Virus record (IMG/VR): IMGVR_UViG_3300036851_000385 | Span: 6,137 to 70,136 of that record | Length of the DNA: 64,000 bases | From: a virus | Strand: one strand, 5' to 3' | Shown here: positions 26,733-36,775 of the stretch, piece by piece | How the letters are laid out: each line of letters begins with the position of its first letter | Numbering within the stretch: position 1 is the stretch's first letter | Notes under the pieces: generated by a model | The model's database searches: none | What the model was told of the DNA's origin: nothing | What the model saw: only the letters and a program-made list of their open reading frames with translations | Translations under genes and position numbers: made by a program

Positions 26733-26888
26733 TCTTTCCGCCGGGCTCGGAGGTAGGAGGTCCCCGGCCGCCTGTCGTCCGACGCGGGTCATGCCCGCCG
26801 CCCGGCATCTAAGGCGGCCTGGGTTCCCTTCACCGCCTTAGAGCACCACATAGCGATGCGTGATTGCTTACTCCTCTCCCTCTAGTGG

Positions 26889-26922
26889 AGCCGCCTCGTC
26901 TGCGACGAGGCGGCTTTCTTTT
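26889..26922 (+). terminator. Intrinsic terminator
   Basis: 12-bp stem AGCCGCCTCGTC/GACGAGGCGGCT followed by TTCTTTT. Confidence 0.75.
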
Positions 26923-26967
26923 CGCCATTTACCCGTTAGCTAACTCCTCAACCGACCGGAGACGCCC

Positions 26968-28011
26968 ATGAGACTTCAGCATAAGTCCTTCCCCACCGTC
27001 GACTTCAAGGTACTCGACGAAGCTCAAGGCCTGGTTGAGGCTTATGTAAGCGTGTTCCATGTAACGGATGCGGCCAACGAGCGCGTCATGCCAGGATTCT
27101 TCTCCAAGAGCCTGGAGACGCGGCTGCCAAAGGTCGTGTTCGCGCACGATTGGAACCGGCCGATCGGCAAGACGATCTCCGGCACAGAGGAGCGGCACGC
27201 TGGAGATTCACGGCTGCCGGTAAATCTCCGGCAGTATGGCGGTCTCTACTGTCTGATGCAGTTGAACCTGGACGTTCAGGACGGCAAGGACACTCTCTCG
27301 CACCTCCGTTTTGGTTCCCTTGATGAATTCAGCTTCGGCTATGACGTGACGCGCGCCACGAACGCGAAGGACGGCGTCCGCGAGCTGCACGAGGGGACCA
27401 CCTACGAGGTTTCTCCGGTGCTCGTCGGCTGCAATCCGGCCACGCAACTTGTAGGCGTGAAGGACCTGCCGGCAGACCTCTTCGATGTGCCGCAGTCTCT
27501 CGCCGATCTTTGCGCCGTCTCCGATGCCCTCTACGCGAGCAAGCTCTGCTCCATCCTCTTTGAAGGACACCACAGCGACGAGGAGCGCTCACAGCAACTC
27601 GAAGCCGCCTTCTCCGAATTCCACCAGGCCGGCGTGGCCTCTCTGAAGGCCCTGATGAACGCCGCGGGAGACGAGGACGCCAGGGCCGATCTGGAAGCCG
27701 AGTACAAGCAGATTTTCTCCGTGCCGGCGCGCACTGCCGGCCGGTTCGACGCACAGCTCCTCGCTCTGCTTACAGAGGTCGAGGGCGCAAAGACACGGGC
27801 TGAAGGCTTGATCGCGATCCGCAAGGAGCAGGGACGCCTGCCCTTCTCACCGGAGCGCCGCGAGCAACTCAAAGCCCTCTCCGAGGCACTCATCCGCCTC
27901 GTCGAGATCACGGCGCCGACGCCCCCTCTCGACCTCACCCTCTTGCAGATGAAAGCGAGCGCCCGGCGCCGTCGACTATTGGCGCTGGGCGATGGAGCCA
28001 TTCCCTCATGA
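26968..28011 (+). CDS. HK97-family prohead protease with C-terminal extension
   Basis: VEAYVSVF, FAHDWNRPIG, EFSFGY, YEVSPVLVGCN. Confidence 0.9.
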   Translation: MRLQHKSFPTVDFKVLDEAQGLVEAYVSVFHVTDAANERVMPGFFSKSLETRLPKVVFAHDWNRPIGKTISGTEERHAGDSRLPVNLRQYGGLYCLMQLNLDVQDGKDTLSHLRFGSLDEFSFGYDVTRATNAKDGVRELHEGTTYEVSPVLVGCNPATQLVGVKDLPADLFDVPQSLADLCAVSDALYASKLCSILFEGHHSDEERSQQLEAAFSEFHQAGVASLKALMNAAGDEDARADLEAEYKQIFSVPARTAGRFDAQLLALLTEVEGAKTRAEGLIAIRKEQGRLPFSPERREQLKALSEALIRLVEITAPTPPLDLTLLQMKASARRRRLLALGDGAIPS

Positions 28012-29402
28012 ACCCACGATTGAAGGAGCTGCTCGAGACCCTGCGCGCGAAGCAGGCCGAGCAGGATCTTCTCCTGGCAAAACAAGAGCCGCTCTCCGAA
28101 GAGGAAGCCGCTCGTGTCAAAGCCCTGGAAGCCGAACTCTCCAGCCTGGAGGCCGACATCGCCCAGGCCAAAGAGTTCGCCGACATCGAGCAGAAGGCCG
28201 CCCAGCGGCGCGCCCTCGTGACCGTGCCCGTCACCTCCCTCCCGCACCCTTCCGGCAATCCTGACGCCCCGGCCGCGAAGGCGTGGGCGCTCCCCCGGAT
28301 GGGCAAGGCGCGCTACTTCAAGGACGATCCCCACGGTACCCCGGACTGGCGCAGCGCCGAAGAGAAAGCCTATGGCTTTGGCTGCTGGATCGCCGCCACG
28401 CTCGGGAAGAGCAGACGAGCGGCGCAGTGGTGCGACGATAACGGCATTGGCTACAAGGCGCAGCAGGAAGCCGTCAACGAGGATGGGGGGTTCATCGTGG
28501 CCCCTCAGTTTGAACAAACGCTCATCGACCTCCGGGAGACCTACGGCGTCTTTCGACAGTACGCCAACAACTGGCCGATGGGGACCGATCAGCTCTTCAT
28601 CCCCCGGCGCGAGGGGGGCGTCACCGCCTACTGGGTCGCGGAAGGCGCATCCATCACCGAGTCCGATCCGGCATGGGGGCAGGTCGGCCTCGTCGCCAAG
28701 AAGCTCGCGGCCAATTCCCGGATGAGTTCGGAGTTGTCCGAGGACGCCTTCATCAACGTCGGCGACCACACGGCCAATGAGATCGCCTATGCCTTTTCGA
28801 TCTCCGAGGACGATGCGGGCTGGAACGGCGACGGCACCGACACCCACGGCGGCATCACCGGCGTTCTGGTGAAGCTCCTGAACCTCTCGGCAACACGCGC
28901 GAACATCGCCGGTCTGGTCGTCGGATCCGGCAACCTCTGGAGCGAGCTGGATCTCGTGGACTTCCACGCAGTCATCGGCAGGCTTCCGGTTTACGCGAGG
29001 AACAACCGCGCTCGCTGGTTTTGCTCCGCGCCCTTCTATCACACCGTGATGGAGCGGCTCATGTTCGAGGCGGGTGGCGTGACCGCCGCGGAGGTCCGCG
29101 CCGGCGCACTCACCCCCAACTTCCTCGGCTTTCCCGTCGTGCTCTCGCAGAAGATGCCGATGGTGGAGGCGAACGACGCCATTCCCGTGGTGCTCGGCGT
29201 GCTCGACATGGCGGCGGCGTTTGGCGATCGGCGGATGACCACCATCCGCTTCTCCGAACACATTTACTTCAACTCCGACCAGATCGGTATCCGAGGGACC
29301 GAGCGGCTGGATATCAACGTACATGATTTAGGAAACGTGTCCGCAACGGCGTCTCTGCGCGTGCCCGGCCCCGTCGTCGGCCTGGCGACTGCGGCGAGCT
29401 GA
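28008..29402 (+). CDS. Major capsid protein (HK97 fold)
   Basis: N-terminal coiled-coil delta domain, DGGFIVAPQF, AYWVAEG, KKLAA, SSELSEDA, RGTERLD. Confidence 0.95.
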   Translation: MNPRLKELLETLRAKQAEQDLLLAKQEPLSEEEAARVKALEAELSSLEADIAQAKEFADIEQKAAQRRALVTVPVTSLPHPSGNPDAPAAKAWALPRMGKARYFKDDPHGTPDWRSAEEKAYGFGCWIAATLGKSRRAAQWCDDNGIGYKAQQEAVNEDGGFIVAPQFEQTLIDLRETYGVFRQYANNWPMGTDQLFIPRREGGVTAYWVAEGASITESDPAWGQVGLVAKKLAANSRMSSELSEDAFINVGDHTANEIAYAFSISEDDAGWNGDGTDTHGGITGVLVKLLNLSATRANIAGLVVGSGNLWSELDLVDFHAVIGRLPVYARNNRARWFCSAPFYHTVMERLMFEAGGVTAAEVRAGALTPNFLGFPVVLSQKMPMVEANDAIPVVLGVLDMAAAFGDRRMTTIRFSEHIYFNSDQIGIRGTERLDINVHDLGNVSATASLRVPGPVVGLATAAS

Positions 29403-29415
29403 TAGGAGGCCCCTC

Positions 29416-29856
29416 ATGATCATGACTCAAGGCCTGAAGTTCCAGCAGGTGCTCGCGCCGATCAGCATCAACGGGACGGCCGCGACCACGCTCTCGATCG
29501 ACACCAAGGGGTACGATCATCTCGACGTGGTGGTTCAGTTCGGCGTCGTCGGCGCGGCGGCGTTTGACGCCTTCGCGCTCCAATCCAGCAACACCGACGC
29601 CAGTTACGCCGCCGTGACCGGACTCACCGCCTCCGGCTCGACCGGGGCGAACCGACTCCCCCAGGCGACCGACGACGCGAAGATGGCGCATTTCGGCGTG
29701 AACCTGATGGGCCACAAGCGGTTCTTCTCCCTCGTGGCCGATCCCGGCGCCGTCGATTGTCTCGTCTCGGCGGTTGCGGTCCTCTCGCGCGGCGAAGAGA
29801 CCCCCAACTCGATGGCCGATCGCGGCTTCGACATCGAGTTCCTGCTGCCGGCATAG
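29416..29856 (+). CDS. Putative capsid decoration protein
   Basis: Directly after MCP; SIDTKGYD...LQSS...KRFF beta-sandwich pattern; AGGAGG RBS. Confidence 0.6.
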   Translation: MIMTQGLKFQQVLAPISINGTAATTLSIDTKGYDHLDVVVQFGVVGAAAFDAFALQSSNTDASYAAVTGLTASGSTGANRLPQATDDAKMAHFGVNLMGHKRFFSLVADPGAVDCLVSAVAVLSRGEETPNSMADRGFDIEFLLPA

Positions 29857-29873
29857 AAAGCAGACGCGGAAAG

Positions 29874-29974
29874 CAGACGCCAGACGCCAGACGCCAGACG
29901 CCAGTAGGGAGAGACTGCCGGTATACGGGCACTCCCGCCTTTACTGGCGTCTGGCGTCTTACGTCTGGCGTCTG
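29874..29974. repeat. (CAGACGC)n palindromic element, copy 1
   Basis: (CAGACGC)4 CAGT, core, ACTG (GCGTCTG)~4. Confidence 0.9.
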
Positions 29975-29989
29975 GGAGCGATAGCGACC

Positions 29990-30187
29990 ATGGCACACAC
30001 CTTCAAAGACGGCGACGCGGTGGAGGTTCCGGGCTACGGCTCCGGCACCGTCTACGATGTCGGGCAGGATGCAAACGAACACGCCGTGCGCGTGAAACTG
30101 GACGACGGCCGCGGCTCCGTGCGCGTGGACGTTCGGAACCTGAAGAAGGCGGTTCAGGATAAGGCGGTGCGCGGCCCCCGCGAGTAG
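29990..30187 (+). CDS. Small SH3/KOW-like protein
   Basis: FKDGDAVEVPGYGSGTV...VRVKLDDG; tail DKAVRGPRE. Confidence 0.6.
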   Translation: MAHTFKDGDAVEVPGYGSGTVYDVGQDANEHAVRVKLDDGRGSVRVDVRNLKKAVQDKAVRGPRE

Positions 30188-30204
30188 GACAGAAAGGCAG
30201 TTTA

Positions 30205-30295
30205 CAGACGCCAGACGCCAGACGCCAGTGGGGAAGGGAGGGACTGCCGGCAGTCCCGCCTTCACTGGCGTCTGGCGTCTGGCGTCTGGCGTCTG
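30205..30295. repeat. (CAGACGC)n palindromic element, copy 2
   Basis: (CAGACGC)3 CAGT, core, ACTG (GCGTCTG)4. Confidence 0.9.
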
Positions 30296-30323
30296 CTGTG
30301 CGCGCCTGGAGGCGTAGCCGACC

Positions 30324-30653
30324 ATGAGCTACCAGAAGACATTGATGCAAGACGCGGCCGGAGCTACTGGGAACGGCACGACGATGGGAGTCAAAGAGCG
30401 CGGCGGCGCGATCCACTTCGAGAATATCGGCTCGCCGGTGGGCACGGTCACATTCGAGGGGGCGTTGAACGCTGCGGAGGACGCCTTCATTGCCGTGCCG
30501 CTGGAGACGGCGACCGGAACGCTGGTGACCTCGACCACGACGCCGGGGTACTTCCGGCTGCCCTTGAACCACGGCCTGGCGGTCGTCCGCGCGCGTATCT
30601 CGGCGTTCACCAGCGGTGCTTTTTCGATCCACGGCGCGACCACGAGGCGATAG
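30324..30653 (+). CDS. Putative virion protein (beta-sandwich)
   Basis: GTVTFEG...VRARISAFTSG. Confidence 0.6.
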   Translation: MSYQKTLMQDAAGATGNGTTMGVKERGGAIHFENIGSPVGTVTFEGALNAAEDAFIAVPLETATGTLVTSTTTPGYFRLPLNHGLAVVRARISAFTSGAFSIHGATTRR

Positions 30654-30658
30654 CGACC

Positions 30659-31567
30659 ATGCTCAAGCTACCGAGTGAGCTTGTCATCCACAACACCTAT
30701 ATCGAGTTCGATAACCCGTCGGGGAAGACGTTTGGGGTGGCGCCGGCCGGAAAGGTGCGGATGCACGCAAACTCGGCGGGGACGGCGGTCCTTCAGTCGA
30801 TCTCCGGGTCGGCTTACGGAGCGGTAGGCGCCGCCCCCATGCTCCTTACCGCATTAGTCGCGAGTGAGGTGCCCCTCACCATCCAGGCGCACACGTCGCA
30901 GTCGGCGGATATGTTCGTCGCAAAAGCCGTCGGCAACAACAACGGGTTTCGCGTCCAGAAGGGCACGGGCGACAACTTTTACCCGGCGGCCTACGGCGAC
31001 GACAACGATAAGGTTTTTGCCGCACACAACACCTCGGCGAGTGACGCCGAGCAGTTCGTGATTCTCCAGGAGAGCGCGGATACGACGTTCCGCAACATGC
31101 GGGGCGTGACGAACTTCAATCGGTCGGGAGCGTTTGAAACGACGCTCAACGTGAAGGCCACCGCAGGCCAGTCGTCCTCCCTTCAGCTTGTCAGCGGCAC
31201 CCTCGGCACCGGCCAGGCGATCCTGCGCTTCGTGGAAGCGACGACCTCCCAGTGGCAGATTTACAAGATCGGGAGCGACGCGAATCTCTACTTCCGCGAT
31301 ACGGTCAACGGCCGCATGATCCTGACGATGGGACAGGGCGCCTCCGCTGCCGCCACGCTCTGTACCTTCGACAGCCGCGTGAAAACTCTGGGACGGCTCT
31401 ACATGAACACGCCGGCCGATGCGCCGACCGACGGCGACCTCTCCAACAATTCGGCATCCGTCTGGATCGACGAGGCAACGCCCGCCGTCAAGATGCGGAT
31501 CCGCAAGACCGACGGCACCTATCTGACGCTCACGATCACCAACGGCGCTTCTCCGACCCTGGCCTAA
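30659..31567 (+). CDS. Putative fibre/spike protein
   Basis: Ser/Thr/Gly-rich beta composition within structural operon. Confidence 0.55.
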   Translation: MLKLPSELVIHNTYIEFDNPSGKTFGVAPAGKVRMHANSAGTAVLQSISGSAYGAVGAAPMLLTALVASEVPLTIQAHTSQSADMFVAKAVGNNNGFRVQKGTGDNFYPAAYGDDNDKVFAAHNTSASDAEQFVILQESADTTFRNMRGVTNFNRSGAFETTLNVKATAGQSSSLQLVSGTLGTGQAILRFVEATTSQWQIYKIGSDANLYFRDTVNGRMILTMGQGASAAATLCTFDSRVKTLGRLYMNTPADAPTDGDLSNNSASVWIDEATPAVKMRIRKTDGTYLTLTITNGASPTLA

Positions 31568-31574
31568 CCTTTCG

Positions 31575-31808
31575 ATGAACGAACTCCTGGCGACTGCCGC
31601 CGAGCCTGTCCAGCTTGGCGAGCCGGATCTCGCCTATTACCTCGCCCTTCGCGCCCGCCTGGACGAGGCAAAGGCGCAGGTCGCTCTCTGGCAGCAGGCA
31701 CTCGAGGCGATCGTTCCCGTCCTGGCCGCGCGCCACGGCATCGAAGGGCACCTCCTGATCGATTCGGCCGGCTTCTATACGACGGCGCCCGAGGAAGACG
31801 ACGGCTGA
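31575..31808 (+). CDS. Small helical protein, possible fibre chaperone
   Basis: Coupled ORF between fibre genes. Confidence 0.5.
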   Translation: MNELLATAAEPVQLGEPDLAYYLALRARLDEAKAQVALWQQALEAIVPVLAARHGIEGHLLIDSAGFYTTAPEEDDG

Positions 31809-33319
31809 TGACGAGGGTTATTGCCCAGGATGAACTCTGGATCCGCTCCGGCAAGATCCGGTTTTCGGGTGGATCGGGTCCGCGTGGCGTGGCCCCCTCG
31901 GACGGGGCCGATCTGATCTACGATCCCACGCGGGGGGCGCTGGTCCTCTCCGTCGATGGGCGGCCCTATCGCCCGGTGGGAACCGCGCTGGTCTCCGACG
32001 TGCAGGCGGATTTTGGCGCGAAAGGTGACGGAAGAACGGTTACCGACGGCGCAATGACCTCCGGCTCGGCCGTGGTCACCTCGGCCACCGCAGCGTTCAC
32101 AGCAGCGGACGTTGGCAAGTTCATCAGCGTCCGAGGGGCGAACACGGCGGTGGGCGGGGAGACGCTCGTCGGCACGATCGCGACCTACATCTCCGCCACG
32201 CAGGTAACGGCATCGATCGCCGCCAACGCCACCGTCTCCTCAAAGCGCGTCGTCTGGGGCACGATCGATACTCTCGCCATCCAGGCGGCGCTGGACGCGG
32301 TAGCGGCCGCGCGGCGCGGCGTGGTGTACCTGCCTGTCGGTATCTACCTGATCGACGCGCAGCTTTTGCTCTCCGGCGTCTCCGACGACGATCCGATCCG
32401 GGGAGCGACCGTGTGCGGAGAGAAAGGGGCAACGCTCTGGGCGGCGGATGTCAATATCCCGTACACGGGAGGGGTGACCGGGAGCCTCCTGGCCTCGATC
32501 TACGCCGAGGACGTGACCTTTCGTGATCTGATTTTCCAGGGAACGGGCACGGGCTTTACCGGCCCCCGGCTCTGCGCGCTGCGGATGACCGGCAAGGGGC
32601 TGAACACCGTCTATCACAATCTGACCTTCAACGATTTCAAGGGGGCCATCCCGCTTGACTACTCCGGCACCCAGCGCGCGGTGATCGACACCTGCTACGT
32701 GGACGCCTGCGACTACGGCATCGTTCAGAGCAACCTCGACGGCTCGGCGTCGATCGTGAATTGCCAGGTGACGAACCCAAGCCAGGCGGATACCCTCGTG
32801 CCCGGCATCTGCGTCTCCGGGCGCGATAACCGGATCTCGAAGAACTACATCGAGACGCCGGCCGAAACGTTTTCCATCTGGATCGGCGACACCAGCCAGG
32901 ACGCCTGTGTGATCGGCAACACGATCAAGGGACCGGGGACGACCACCTCGTCGGGCATCCGCATCCACGCCGATACCGGGGGGGATTGCGTGATCATGGG
33001 CAACCAGATCGACGGCTGCGGGACCGCGATCGTCTTAAACGGCACCTCGATCACGGTGACCGGCAACCAGATCCGGGGCGGGGGCGTGGGTTATACCGGG
33101 ATCGCCACCTTCTACGACGGCAACCCCGCATCCGAGGTCTCCATCACCGGCAACGCCTTCGCCAACTGTGCCAAGGGCATCGACGGCGGCACGCTGGCTT
33201 CCGGCTACGTGACCGTCACCGGCAACATCTTCCCTGCCAGCGTGACCGACCCCATCGCGGGCGAGGGCTCATGGACCAACTCGAAAGGCGTCGGGAACGC
33301 GGGCCTGGCGGACTTCTAG
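31808..33319 (+). CDS. Pectate-lyase-like beta-helix spike (putative depolymerase)
   Basis: DFGAKGDG, DTLAIQAALDA, VVYLPVGIY, repeated IxGN rungs. Confidence 0.8.
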   Translation: MTRVIAQDELWIRSGKIRFSGGSGPRGVAPSDGADLIYDPTRGALVLSVDGRPYRPVGTALVSDVQADFGAKGDGRTVTDGAMTSGSAVVTSATAAFTAADVGKFISVRGANTAVGGETLVGTIATYISATQVTASIAANATVSSKRVVWGTIDTLAIQAALDAVAAARRGVVYLPVGIYLIDAQLLLSGVSDDDPIRGATVCGEKGATLWAADVNIPYTGGVTGSLLASIYAEDVTFRDLIFQGTGTGFTGPRLCALRMTGKGLNTVYHNLTFNDFKGAIPLDYSGTQRAVIDTCYVDACDYGIVQSNLDGSASIVNCQVTNPSQADTLVPGICVSGRDNRISKNYIETPAETFSIWIGDTSQDACVIGNTIKGPGTTTSSGIRIHADTGGDCVIMGNQIDGCGTAIVLNGTSITVTGNQIRGGGVGYTGIATFYDGNPASEVSITGNAFANCAKGIDGGTLASGYVTVTGNIFPASVTDPIAGEGSWTNSKGVGNAGLADF

Positions 33320-33351
33320 AGGCAGGCAAAAAGCGCCGGAGCGCAGCGGCC

Positions 33352-33606
33352 ATGACATTTACGATCACGGGGACGATCACCCGGTGCGCCGGGCTCAACC
33401 ACTACCAGGTGCCGGTGGAGCTGGGCAACGGGGTCACGGGCACCCTCCACATCATGAAAAGCGAGCTGGAGTATGAGCCGGCATCGGACCTGATCGAGAC
33501 GCGGGAGCGGATGGTGGCGCGGATGGTCTCCGCGGGCAAGGAATTGAACGCCGTGACCTTTGCCCAGTGGCGCACGGCCCTGGAGTTGAAGACGTTCAAG
33601 CTTTAG
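33352..33606 (+). CDS. Hypothetical protein
   Basis: MTFTITGTITRC..., 84 aa in operon. Confidence 0.6.
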   Translation: MTFTITGTITRCAGLNHYQVPVELGNGVTGTLHIMKSELEYEPASDLIETRERMVARMVSAGKELNAVTFAQWRTALELKTFKL

Positions 33607-33610
33607 GAGG

Positions 33611-33712
33611 CAGACGCCAGACGCCAGACGCCAGACGCCAGTAAAGGCGGGACTGCCGGGAGACGGGCACTCCCTCCCCAACTGGCGTCTGGCGTCTGGC
33701 GTCTGGCGTCTG
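33611..33712. repeat. (CAGACGC)n palindromic element, copy 3
   Basis: (CAGACGC)4 CAGT, core, ACTG (GCGTCTG)4. Confidence 0.9.
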
Positions 33713-33727
33713 GGCGCGTAGCGACCT

Positions 33728-34756
33728 ATGGCCTACCAGAATGAGAGCTTCTGCCAGTATCCGTGGCTGGACCTTCCCACGTCGAACCTGACCGTGCTGA
33801 CGCTGGATGCTTCGGGAGAGAAGGCGGCAGGCGTCTTCCGGGTAGCGAAGACGGGATCGATACAGAAGATCCACTTCTTGCTCTCGACGGTGACGACGGG
33901 ACAGACGCTGAAAGCCTCGCTTCAGGATGTGGATCTGGCGACGGGGGATCCGGACGGAACGATTGACCAGTCGGGGACGGTCGCGGTCGCCGATGGGGAC
34001 GATAACACATGGAAGACAGTGACGCTTGGGGCTGTCCGTGCGGTTTCGCGAGGCGATCAGTTGTCGGTCGTCTTTGAGTTCGATGCGACCATTGGGAACC
34101 TGCAGATTGTCTCGGGGAGCGCGATTCCGGTCATGAATGTCTACACGGACCTTTATACGGGGACGTGGGCCAAGCAGGCACGGTGTCCGCTTTTCATTCT
34201 GGAGTATGACGATGCGTCGATTGTGCCGATCCCAGGTGTCCTCTATGGTCTGGGCACGTCGCTCGACTTCAATTCCGGCTCGGCCGCGGACGAGGTGGCG
34301 CTGCGCTTCTCGCTGCCCTTTCCGGTGAGAGTGATGGGGCTCGGGCTGTATGGCCGGGTGTCGGGTGATGTCGATCTGGTGCTTTACTCAGGTACCACGG
34401 CGCTTGCCACGACCTCCCTGGACAAGGAGGTGCGTCAAACGTCGACGGACGGCATGAACGTTGGCCTGTTCTCTGCGGCCCAGGAATGTGCGAAGGATAC
34501 GGTCTACCGGGCGGCGGTCAAGCCCACATCGGCAACGAGCGCGAGGGTCATTTATAACGATGTGTCTATCGCTGCCCATCTGGACGCGGCGCCGGGCGGT
34601 CGGGAGCTGCACTATTCGAGCCGGGTGGACGGGGGCGCCTGGAGCGATACCACCACGCGGCGCCCCTCGATCGTGCTCCTGATCGAAGGGTTCGATGACG
34701 GCGTGAGTGCCGGGGGTCTGATCGGCGCCGGCAGCATTCGCGGGGGCTTCCAGTAG
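33728..34756 (+). CDS. Putative virion protein with two beta-sandwich domains
   Basis: 342 aa beta-rich ORF in structural operon. Confidence 0.6.
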   Translation: MAYQNESFCQYPWLDLPTSNLTVLTLDASGEKAAGVFRVAKTGSIQKIHFLLSTVTTGQTLKASLQDVDLATGDPDGTIDQSGTVAVADGDDNTWKTVTLGAVRAVSRGDQLSVVFEFDATIGNLQIVSGSAIPVMNVYTDLYTGTWAKQARCPLFILEYDDASIVPIPGVLYGLGTSLDFNSGSAADEVALRFSLPFPVRVMGLGLYGRVSGDVDLVLYSGTTALATTSLDKEVRQTSTDGMNVGLFSAAQECAKDTVYRAAVKPTSATSARVIYNDVSIAAHLDAAPGGRELHYSSRVDGGAWSDTTTRRPSIVLLIEGFDDGVSAGGLIGAGSIRGGFQ

Positions 34757-34759
34757 CTG

Positions 34760-36769
34760 ATGGATTCCATCTTCAAAGGCTCCACGGATGTCACGCTTTA
34801 CTTCGTGCTCGTCGATTCCACGACCGGTCTTCCGGAAACCGGAGTCGCGCACACGTCGGTTACCGGGAGCTACGTCCGGAACCGGGGGACGCGTACCGCG
34901 ATCAGCATGGTGAACCTCGCGGCGCCGGACTCCGCGCATTCCGACGGCGGTTGGGAGGAAGTCGACAGCACCAATCAGCCGGGGCTTTACCGGTTCGACA
35001 TCCCAGACGCGGCCTTTGCAACCGGCGCCGATAAGGTGATCGTCTCCGTGGTCGTCACCGGCGTGAAGACGGAGCACCAGCTCATCCCGCTCTCCGACTG
35101 GAACACGCAGGTAGCGGCGATCCCAAACGCCGCGGCAGCCGCCGCGGGGGGCCTCTTCACCCGCGGCACCGGGGCGGGGCAGATCAACCAGGCGGCGGAT
35201 GGGATGATCGATGTGAGCGTCGTGCGCCTGGCAAACGTCGCGCAGAGCTTGACCGATCTCAAGGATTTCGCCGACGACGGATACGACCCCATCACGAACA
35301 AGGTGCAGGGGGTGGTGCTCACGGACACCCTTACGACCTACACCGGGAACACCCCACAGACGGGAGATTCCTTCGCGCGCCTGGGCGCTCCGGCAGGCGC
35401 TTCCGTCTCAGCCGACATCGCGGCCATCGAAGGCCAGACCGACGACATCGGGGCGGCGGGCGCGGGCCTCACGGCCGTTCCCTGGAACGCGGCGTGGGAC
35501 GCGGAGGTAGAGAGCGAGGTCGCGGATGCCCTCGCTGCCTATGACGCCGCGACCGGAGGCGACGTCACCACTGCCGCTGCCTCCGTCACCGTCACCGGTA
35601 TTGCCACCAATACGATCGGCTCGGGGGCGCTGGATCAGACCGCGATCACCGAGATCCGATCGCTCTTTTCCGGGACCGCCGACTCGGGCACGACGACGAG
35701 CCTGACGGATGCGGATTTGAACCAGGTCGACGCGGACTTCTGGAAGGGGCAGATCCTTCTCATCACGTCGGGGAGTACGATCAACCAGTCGCGCACGATC
35801 ACCGGCTTCAACCCGGCGACGGACACTCTGACCGTCGACCGCGCCTTCACGCAGGCGATAACCACCAACACCTACGAGATCCTTCCCGCAGGGGCGGCGC
35901 TTGTGGCCGCGGATGCCGTGACAGAGATCCAGGCCGGGCTGGCCACCGCCGCGGCGGTGGCCACGGTGCAGGCGGATACCGACGACATCCAGACACGCCT
36001 CCCGGCCGCCCTCGTCTCCGGTCGGATCGACGCGAGCGTGGGAGCCGCCGCGGCGAACACGATCACGGCATCTGCGCTCGCCACCGATGCCGTCACTGAG
36101 ATCCAGGCAGCCGTGGCGGCGGGCTCCGTGGCCTCGGTGACCGGCTCAGTCGGCTCAGTGGTCGCAGGTGTCACGCTCGCCGCCTCGGCCGTCCAGGCGA
36201 TCTGGGACGCGCTCACTTCGGCGCTCACGACCGCCGGCTCGATCGGCAAGCTCCTCGTCGACAACATCAACGCCACGATCAGCAGCCGCCTGGCCACCGC
36301 TGGCTACACCGCGCCGCCCACGGCCGCGGCGAACGCCGATGCCGTGTGGGATGAGACCCTCGCCGACCACCTGACGGCGGGGTCGACCGGCTCGGCATTG
36401 AACGCGGCAGGCTCCGCCGGTGATCCGTGGAACACCGCCCTTCCCGGCGCCTACGGGGCAGGGACGGCCGGCAAGATCGTCGGGGACAACATCAACGCCA
36501 CGGTCAGCTCGCGCGCCACGCCCGCCCAGGTGAACGCCGAGGTGCTCGACGTGCTGACCGTCGATACCTTCGCCGAACCTCTGGCGATACCGGATGCGAC
36601 TTCGAGCCTGAAGGACAAGCTTTCGATGCTCTTCATGGCGCTTCGCAACAAGGTGCGGCAAACGGAGACCGCCCAGGAAATCTGGAACGACGCCGAGGAT
36701 ACGCCGGTAGCGACAGCCACGGTGTCCGACACGGGCGACGAAACGGTCCGGAGCAAGTTCGAGAGCTAA
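34760..36769 (+). CDS. Ala/Thr-rich repeat fibre protein
   Basis: PGLYRFDIPDAAF N-domain; repeats DAVTEIQA and GKxxxDNINATxSSR. Confidence 0.7.
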   Translation: MDSIFKGSTDVTLYFVLVDSTTGLPETGVAHTSVTGSYVRNRGTRTAISMVNLAAPDSAHSDGGWEEVDSTNQPGLYRFDIPDAAFATGADKVIVSVVVTGVKTEHQLIPLSDWNTQVAAIPNAAAAAAGGLFTRGTGAGQINQAADGMIDVSVVRLANVAQSLTDLKDFADDGYDPITNKVQGVVLTDTLTTYTGNTPQTGDSFARLGAPAGASVSADIAAIEGQTDDIGAAGAGLTAVPWNAAWDAEVESEVADALAAYDAATGGDVTTAAASVTVTGIATNTIGSGALDQTAITEIRSLFSGTADSGTTTSLTDADLNQVDADFWKGQILLITSGSTINQSRTITGFNPATDTLTVDRAFTQAITTNTYEILPAGAALVAADAVTEIQAGLATAAAVATVQADTDDIQTRLPAALVSGRIDASVGAAAANTITASALATDAVTEIQAAVAAGSVASVTGSVGSVVAGVTLAASAVQAIWDALTSALTTAGSIGKLLVDNINATISSRLATAGYTAPPTAAANADAVWDETLADHLTAGSTGSALNAAGSAGDPWNTALPGAYGAGTAGKIVGDNINATVSSRATPAQVNAEVLDVLTVDTFAEPLAIPDATSSLKDKLSMLFMALRNKVRQTETAQEIWNDAEDTPVATATVSDTGDETVRSKFES

Positions 36770-36775
36770 TGAAGA

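Noticed and set aside
26740-26807. Canonical tRNA gene
   Set aside because: T and anticodon loops are 5 nt, with no TTC and no CCA after the acceptor stem; kept only as an ncRNA candidate
27531-29324. 597-aa minus-strand ORF and similar long ORFs (36155-37417, 19746-20777, 11361-12323, 50490-51386)
   Set aside because: Antisense shadows of well-supported genes in GC-rich DNA; no motifs
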